From Gammaproteobacteria bacterium (lineage in GTDB: Bacteria; Actinomycetota; Acidimicrobiia; Spongiisociales; UBA4744): a stretch of DNA of 64,000 nucleotides. How positions within the stretch are numbered: the stretch's first letter is position 1; the number at the start of each line of letters is the position of its first letter. The position numbers and the translations under genes were made by a program. A model generated the notes under the pieces. That model was given only the letters and a program-made list of their open reading frames with translations. It had not been told where the DNA came from and did no database searches. Below are positions 59,501-64,000 of the stretch, piece after piece. The stretch lies in the NCBI GenBank assembly GCA_011682695.1, contig JAACED010000003.1, positions 37 to 64,036 of the forward strand, read 5' to 3'.

Positions 59501-60043
59501 TTGGACGTCAAACTTCATGGTAAGAACTACCAGTTCGATGAGCGTCTTGCAGAAGCCGCCCGTGCCAAAGTCTCGAAAGCGGCCAGGTTCTTCAATGGCA
59601 TCTCGTCGGCAGACGTCGAAATCGTCAAGGAGATGAACCGGCGAGTCACGGACCCGTTCAGGGTGGAGATCACCTCGCGTGCAGCCGGTTCGACCGTGCG
59701 GGTCGAAGCGGCAGGCCCGACCGCTGAGGCAGCACTGGACATTGCGACCGAGAAGTTCGGGATTCAACTGCGGCGGTTGAAGGAACGGCTCATCGATCGT
59801 TCTCGGAGAGGGCGAGAGAAACGCCTCAATACGGCGTCCAAAGACGACGAAGAAGAGCCAAGTGGTCCACTGATCGTCAGAGTGAAGCAGTTTGTCATGA
59901 AACCGATGACTCCAGAAGAAGCCGCCTTGCAGATGGAGATGCTTGGCCACGGGTTTTTCTTCTTCCAGAATGCAGAAGGTGACCGGCCGAGCGTCCTCTA
60001 CCGACGGCGCGACGGATCGTACGGATTGATCGAGCCCGCATGA
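59501..60043 (+). CDS. hpf: Ribosome hibernation promoting factor, long form (RaiA/HPF)
   Basis: TTG 59501 lies 8 nt after ataggagg. N-terminus MDVKLHGKNYQFDERL is typical of HPF. The C-terminal dimerisation domain is present. Confidence 0.85.
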   Translation: MDVKLHGKNYQFDERLAEAARAKVSKAARFFNGISSADVEIVKEMNRRVTDPFRVEITSRAAGSTVRVEAAGPTAEAALDIATEKFGIQLRRLKERLIDRSRRGREKRLNTASKDDEEEPSGPLIVRVKQFVMKPMTPEEAALQMEMLGHGFFFFQNAEGDRPSVLYRRRDGSYGLIEPA

Positions 60044-60693
60044 CCACCGTATTGGTCGTCGACGACTCTCCGCTGTTCGTTACCGGGCTCTCAGCCGCGC
60101 TCGTGAACGCGGGGTTCGATGTCGTCGGCCAGGCCGAGGATGCGATGACGGCCTTGACGATGGCCCGCTCGCTTCAGCCGGATATGGTCGTGCTCGACGT
60201 GTTGATGCCGGGGATGTCGGGACTGGAGGTCGTCGGTCCGATCCGAGAGGCTTCGGGTGGCGCGAACGTCGTCCTGCTTACATCCAGCGAATCGGAGGAG
60301 GACCTTCTCTCGGCCATCAAGTCCGGTGCCCGGGGATATGTCGTCAAAGACACTCCGTTCCCGGAGCTGGTCGAGTCGATGCGCGCCGTGTGCGAAGGTG
60401 GAGCCGTTGTCTCTCCGCGCATGGGAGCGAAACTGTTCGAGACGGTCGCCAGCCTGCTCAAACATCGTGAGGTCATCTCTACGCGCAAGCCGGAGCTGAC
60501 CGGTCGCGAACTCGAAGTGCTCGGGCTTATTTCCTCAGGCATGACCAGTCGCCAGATCGGCGAGAAGCTGTTCATCTCCGAGAACACGGTCAAGAATCAC
60601 GTTCGCAATATCCTCGACAAACTCGGATTGCATTCGAGAAACGAAGCCGTCCTCTACGCTGTGCGCGAGGAATTGATTCAGATCGGCGGGTAG
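60040..60693 (+). CDS. NarL/FixJ (LuxR)-family response regulator
   Basis: REC domain (VLVVDDSPLF…D…VLDVLMPGMSG) followed by a LuxR HTH (…LTGRELEVLGLISSGMTSRQIGEKLFISENTVKNHVRNIL). ATGA overlap with hpf. Confidence 0.85.
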   Translation: MTTVLVVDDSPLFVTGLSAALVNAGFDVVGQAEDAMTALTMARSLQPDMVVLDVLMPGMSGLEVVGPIREASGGANVVLLTSSESEEDLLSAIKSGARGYVVKDTPFPELVESMRAVCEGGAVVSPRMGAKLFETVASLLKHREVISTRKPELTGRELEVLGLISSGMTSRQIGEKLFISENTVKNHVRNILDKLGLHSRNEAVLYAVREELIQIGG

Positions 60694-60695
60694 AC

Positions 60696-62579
60696 GTGAT
60701 TGACGAGACGGGTGCCGCCGAAGTTGTCGAAGCACTGGCGGGCGCCTGGACCGTGTACAACCTGTACCCGGAACCGGAGACACAACCCTCGTTTCATCGG
60801 ATCGGAGAGTCGCTTCGTACGGCTGCGGCGGTCGGGACCATTTGGCTCGATGTCGGGCCCGGGTTCTTCCTTTGTGACGACCAAGAAGTGCAGGTCACCC
60901 GCGATGCGGTGGAGCGGCTTGCACAACGGTGTTATGTGCACAACATCGCGTCGGTTGGAGTGACCGATCCTCCATCGGATCGCGACCTGGCCGCATTCAT
61001 GAGCGTGCTCGCGCTGGAGGAACAAGCGATCGAACAAGGCGGGGGGCTTCCCGCGCTCCTCATGCGAAAAGGCATCAGCGGTCTGTCCGTCGTCACGAAG
61101 ATGCCGCTCTCCACCGGGGCGGAGGGTCCAACGTTTGAACGCGACGATGTCGTGCGGGATGCGATGGCCGGCGCAATGGATCCGGCCGAGTTCGCCGCTG
61201 CGCTCGTCGAAGAAGCCGAAGGAGATTCCGCACGGCTGGCAGAGCTGTTCCACACTCGCTTCCGCGAGACCTACGGGTTGATCGCCGACTCCGACATTGC
61301 TGCCTGCGAGCAGGTCGTCCGAGCGTTCGTAGAGGCGTTCTTCTCCCTGGATGAGCAGTTCATGGTGGCCGTATTGGGACCGTTCCTCGGTGCCTATGAC
61401 GATCCCATCGACCGGCTCTTCCTCGATCAGTTCGCCGGCCACGAGCTGGCACGCATCGCTCCGAAGCTCGATTCGGCCGGCTTTGCTCTGCTTCTGGACT
61501 ACGCACGGATCGGAACCGACGAAGCGGACCGCCGTCCAGATGAACTTCTCGCATTGTTCGACGCGGGAGACGGCGCGGCAGATGCCGTGCAGATGGTCAC
61601 CGCGCGTGTCCAAGAGCGTCTGCTCGGCGCCGCGCCGGAGAGCCTCTCACAGATCGCCATCGGCGAGCTGCGACCGCAGTTTCCCGACCCTCGGCGCCAC
61701 TTCTACTACACCCTCGACACGTTCCGTGGGCTTCTCGCCGTCGAGGATCGCGACAATCGCTTTCGGCGCCTGATGCGTCTGCTCACCGGCAAGATCATCG
61801 CAAGTATCCGGCGGCAACAGTTTCGCCACGCCGAACTGTGGGTCCGCAGTGTGACTGACGCACCAACGCATCCGCCGGAGCGCCGCCGCGAGGTCCAGGA
61901 GGCTCTCGAGCTCGCGTGTACCCGGGATGTCATCGACTTGCTCGTCAACGAGGTGTCCGGCGCAGGCCCAGATGCTGCAAGAAGCCTGGTCGCGAGGCTT
62001 GGAGCGACGAAGATAGGCGTCGTGCTCGGCCTTCTCGCCGAAGAAGAGGACCGTTCCCGCAGGAAGGTGCTGATCGATATCCTCGGCGCAGTGGCCGAAC
62101 ACGATCCAGGTCCGGTCCTGGCCGCTCTCGACGACGAACGATGGTACGTGGTCAGGAACCTGGCGACCGTTCTTCGGGCCTCCGGCAACTCCGAGGCGGT
62201 GCCCGGCCTGGTCAAACTGCTTACCCATGGGGACCATCGAGTGCGCGTCGAGGCTCTGAGAGCCCTGAACACGATCGAGCCCGCTGCAATCGAGCACGCA
62301 GGGGGCGCACTGGGCGACGATCACGAGGTGGTCCGGCGCGCCGCGATCGGCCTGCTTGCTGCCCGGCCAGGAGCGGAAGCCGAGGGCCATCTGATCGCAG
62401 CGCTGAATGGCCGTCTCTCGGCTGCGGAAAAGGAGGAAGTCATTCGACACCTCGGGGACCGCGAGAGTCCGGAGTGTGAGGATGCACTCAAGGCCGTCGC
62501 AGGACGCCGGTTCATTCTCAGCGCCCGGGGACGGGCGCTGCGGGCCGCCGCCAGGGAAGCACTAGGAACTCGCGCATGA
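60696..62579 (+). CDS. HEAT/PBS-lyase-repeat protein with an N-terminal ~130-aa domain homologous to the HD-GYP protein N-terminus
   Basis: GTG start. C-terminal HEAT-like repeats (…DERWYVVRNLATVLRASGNSEAVPGLVKLLTHGDHRVRVEALRAL…). The N-terminal segment LAQRCYVHNIASVGVTDPPSDRDLAAFMSVLA aligns with LQSRGIESITFNAPVAAADVADLGAFIAALS of the next gene. Confidence 0.6.
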   Translation: MIDETGAAEVVEALAGAWTVYNLYPEPETQPSFHRIGESLRTAAAVGTIWLDVGPGFFLCDDQEVQVTRDAVERLAQRCYVHNIASVGVTDPPSDRDLAAFMSVLALEEQAIEQGGGLPALLMRKGISGLSVVTKMPLSTGAEGPTFERDDVVRDAMAGAMDPAEFAAALVEEAEGDSARLAELFHTRFRETYGLIADSDIAACEQVVRAFVEAFFSLDEQFMVAVLGPFLGAYDDPIDRLFLDQFAGHELARIAPKLDSAGFALLLDYARIGTDEADRRPDELLALFDAGDGAADAVQMVTARVQERLLGAAPESLSQIAIGELRPQFPDPRRHFYYTLDTFRGLLAVEDRDNRFRRLMRLLTGKIIASIRRQQFRHAELWVRSVTDAPTHPPERRREVQEALELACTRDVIDLLVNEVSGAGPDAARSLVARLGATKIGVVLGLLAEEEDRSRRKVLIDILGAVAEHDPGPVLAALDDERWYVVRNLATVLRASGNSEAVPGLVKLLTHGDHRVRVEALRALNTIEPAAIEHAGGALGDDHEVVRRAAIGLLAARPGAEAEGHLIAALNGRLSAAEKEEVIRHLGDRESPECEDALKAVAGRRFILSARGRALRAAAREALGTRA

Positions 62580-63922
62580 TCAGAGAGCAGGCAGCTCGCA
62601 CGGCTCTTCGCAAGATCCAGGCGCTGGCGCGTCAGATGAGCCTGTACCCGATCGACCACCCTTCGACCGGTGAGGCGCTCGAGGCAGCTACGACGGCTGC
62701 GAACATGCTTGCCCGTAGGGAAGACGATGAGGCAGTCGTCACCCTGCTCGGTGACACGATCCACCTTGGACGGTCGATCCTGCCGCATGCCTCGCTTGAG
62801 CTCAGCAGTCTCTTGCGAACGCTCCAGTCCCGGGGTATCGAATCGATCACGTTCAATGCTCCGGTCGCAGCAGCAGATGTCGCAGACCTGGGAGCTTTCA
62901 TCGCCGCGTTGAGTGGTGACGTTCCCGCCGAAGCAACGATTCGGCTCAACGAGTCGCCGTTCACGAGAGCCGATCTCGAAAGCGATGCCACCGGCGGTGT
63001 GCGCAGGTCATACTCTCGTTCACTCGACGTGCTGCGCGGGATGGCGGCGGCAATCGAGCGGGACGAACAGTTCGACCTCTCGGGAGCGGCGGGGGCGGTC
63101 GAGCAGCTGGTGGAACAGACCATTTCTCAGCCTGCCGCATCGTTGCTGCTCTCGACGATGAAGAGTCACGACGAATACACGTTCTTTCATTCGGTCAACG
63201 TCTGCATTCTCTCGATTGCGATGGGTCGAATGCTCGGCCTGCCGAACGACCAGATGTCCGCCCTCGCGATGGGCGCATTGCTCCACGACATCGGCAAGGT
63301 ACGCGTAGCGTCGTCGATCCTGCAGTATCCGGGCCGGCTCAACGCCGAACAGTGGCGCCAGATCAAGCTGCATCCGCAGGAGGGAGCGGCGTCGATCCTC
63401 GCCGCGGCGGCACCGTATCAGGAGATCGCCGCGACAGTGGCGTTCGAACACCACGCCCGGTATGACGGTCTCGGTTACCCGCCCGTCGGAAGATCATCGC
63501 GGGATCTGCACTTCTACAGCAGGCTGGTTGCCACTGCCGACACCTACGACGCGATCACGACCCGGCGCTCCTACCGCAGGGCCGAGACGCCCAACCGCGC
63601 TCTCTACGTTCTGCTGACCGGCGCGGGTTCGATCTACGATCCGGACTTCGCCAGGGCGTTCATCGAGATGGTTGGTGTCTACCCGCCCGGATCACTGCTC
63701 GAACTCTCCGATGGAGATGTCGTGATGGTCACCCGCGTCAACGAAGGCGGCGGTACATCCGACGTCGTGCTGCTTCGACCGTCCGGAGAAGCGCTCCTGG
63801 ACGAGCCTGTGGAGGTGACGATCGGGGAGCGGACGGTTGCCGATCAGCTGCTCCCAGAAACGGTCGGCGTCGAACCCGCCGCGCTGCTCGAGCGGGTCGG
63901 CGTCATCGTGCACATGGTGTAG
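62576..63922 (+). CDS. HD-GYP domain phosphodiesterase with an unknown N-terminal ~180-aa domain
   Basis: ATGA overlap with the upstream gene. HD motif …ALLHDIGK…. GYP motif …DGLGYP…. Confidence 0.8.
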   Translation: MIREQAARTALRKIQALARQMSLYPIDHPSTGEALEAATTAANMLARREDDEAVVTLLGDTIHLGRSILPHASLELSSLLRTLQSRGIESITFNAPVAAADVADLGAFIAALSGDVPAEATIRLNESPFTRADLESDATGGVRRSYSRSLDVLRGMAAAIERDEQFDLSGAAGAVEQLVEQTISQPAASLLLSTMKSHDEYTFFHSVNVCILSIAMGRMLGLPNDQMSALAMGALLHDIGKVRVASSILQYPGRLNAEQWRQIKLHPQEGAASILAAAAPYQEIAATVAFEHHARYDGLGYPPVGRSSRDLHFYSRLVATADTYDAITTRRSYRRAETPNRALYVLLTGAGSIYDPDFARAFIEMVGVYPPGSLLELSDGDVVMVTRVNEGGGTSDVVLLRPSGEALLDEPVEVTIGERTVADQLLPETVGVEPAALLERVGVIVHMV

Positions 63923-63925
63923 AAA

Positions 63926-63974
63926 GTCATCAGTCATCAGTCATCAGTCATCGGTCATCGGTCATCGGTCGTCG
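63926..63974. repeat. Heptanucleotide tandem repeat (GTCATCA/GTCATCG) x7 immediately after the HD-GYP stop
   Basis: gtcatca gtcatca gtcatca gtcatcg gtcatcg gtcatcg gtcgtcg. Confidence 0.85.
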
Positions 63975-64000
63975 GTTGTACAATCCCCGAAGACATTGTT

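Overview
This is a high-GC (roughly 68-70%) actinobacterial chromosomal window. Lineage markers are the F420 genes cofD/cofE and a conserved manB, trm112-like, SIS PGI/PMI, ahcY block. It is densely coding with many 4-bp start/stop overlaps, so operons are likely, and spurious antisense ORFs are abundant. The window is dominated by cell-envelope glycan biology. (1) Around 2.7-19 kb there is a Wzx/Wzy-type heteropolysaccharide locus. It contains a Wzx flippase, two Wzy_C (O-antigen ligase/polymerase family) proteins, two GT4 genes, a PglC-like initiating phosphoglycosyltransferase and a PMT/ArnT-like GT-C enzyme. It also carries a complete WbpA/WbpB/WbpE/WbpD/WbpI-like gene set for a UDP-2,3-diacetamido-2,3-dideoxy-hexuronic acid. 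(2) Three secreted proteins carry triple CWB2 cell-wall-binding repeats: a ThuA/GATase-like protein, a PGRP-type amidase with FG-GAP repeats, and an M23 peptidase. (3) An LCP ligase sits next to ugd, a GT2 gene and an epimerase/decarboxylase. (4) There are cofE/cofD, a GT2-membrane fusion, DUF3499 and Zn-ribbon small proteins, a GtrA/GT2/GT-C triad, manB, a SIS isomerase and ahcY. (5) Housekeeping genes are a rhodanese-ThiF (MoeZ-like) gene, PBP1A, an acyl-CoA mutase large subunit, accA/pccB, birA, an FtsH-like protease, comF, hpf, and a LuxR response regulator followed by a HEAT protein and an HD-GYP protein. The features that stood out are listed next. A ~110-160 bp element with imperfect terminal inverted repeats occurs in inverted copies at both ends of the window (446-556 and 53810-53968). 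An archaeal/SipW-type signal peptidase is fused to a ~300-aa polytopic membrane domain and sits next to two substrates with SipW-cognate-like signal peptides, one of them His-rich. A structured ~160-nt element lies in a 700-bp leader. A GC-rich tandem-repeat (VNTR-like) block lies in the moeZ-like promoter. Heptamer microsatellites are present. The HEAT protein and the HD-GYP protein share a homologous N-terminal domain. No tRNA, rRNA, CRISPR, transposase or integrase was recognised.
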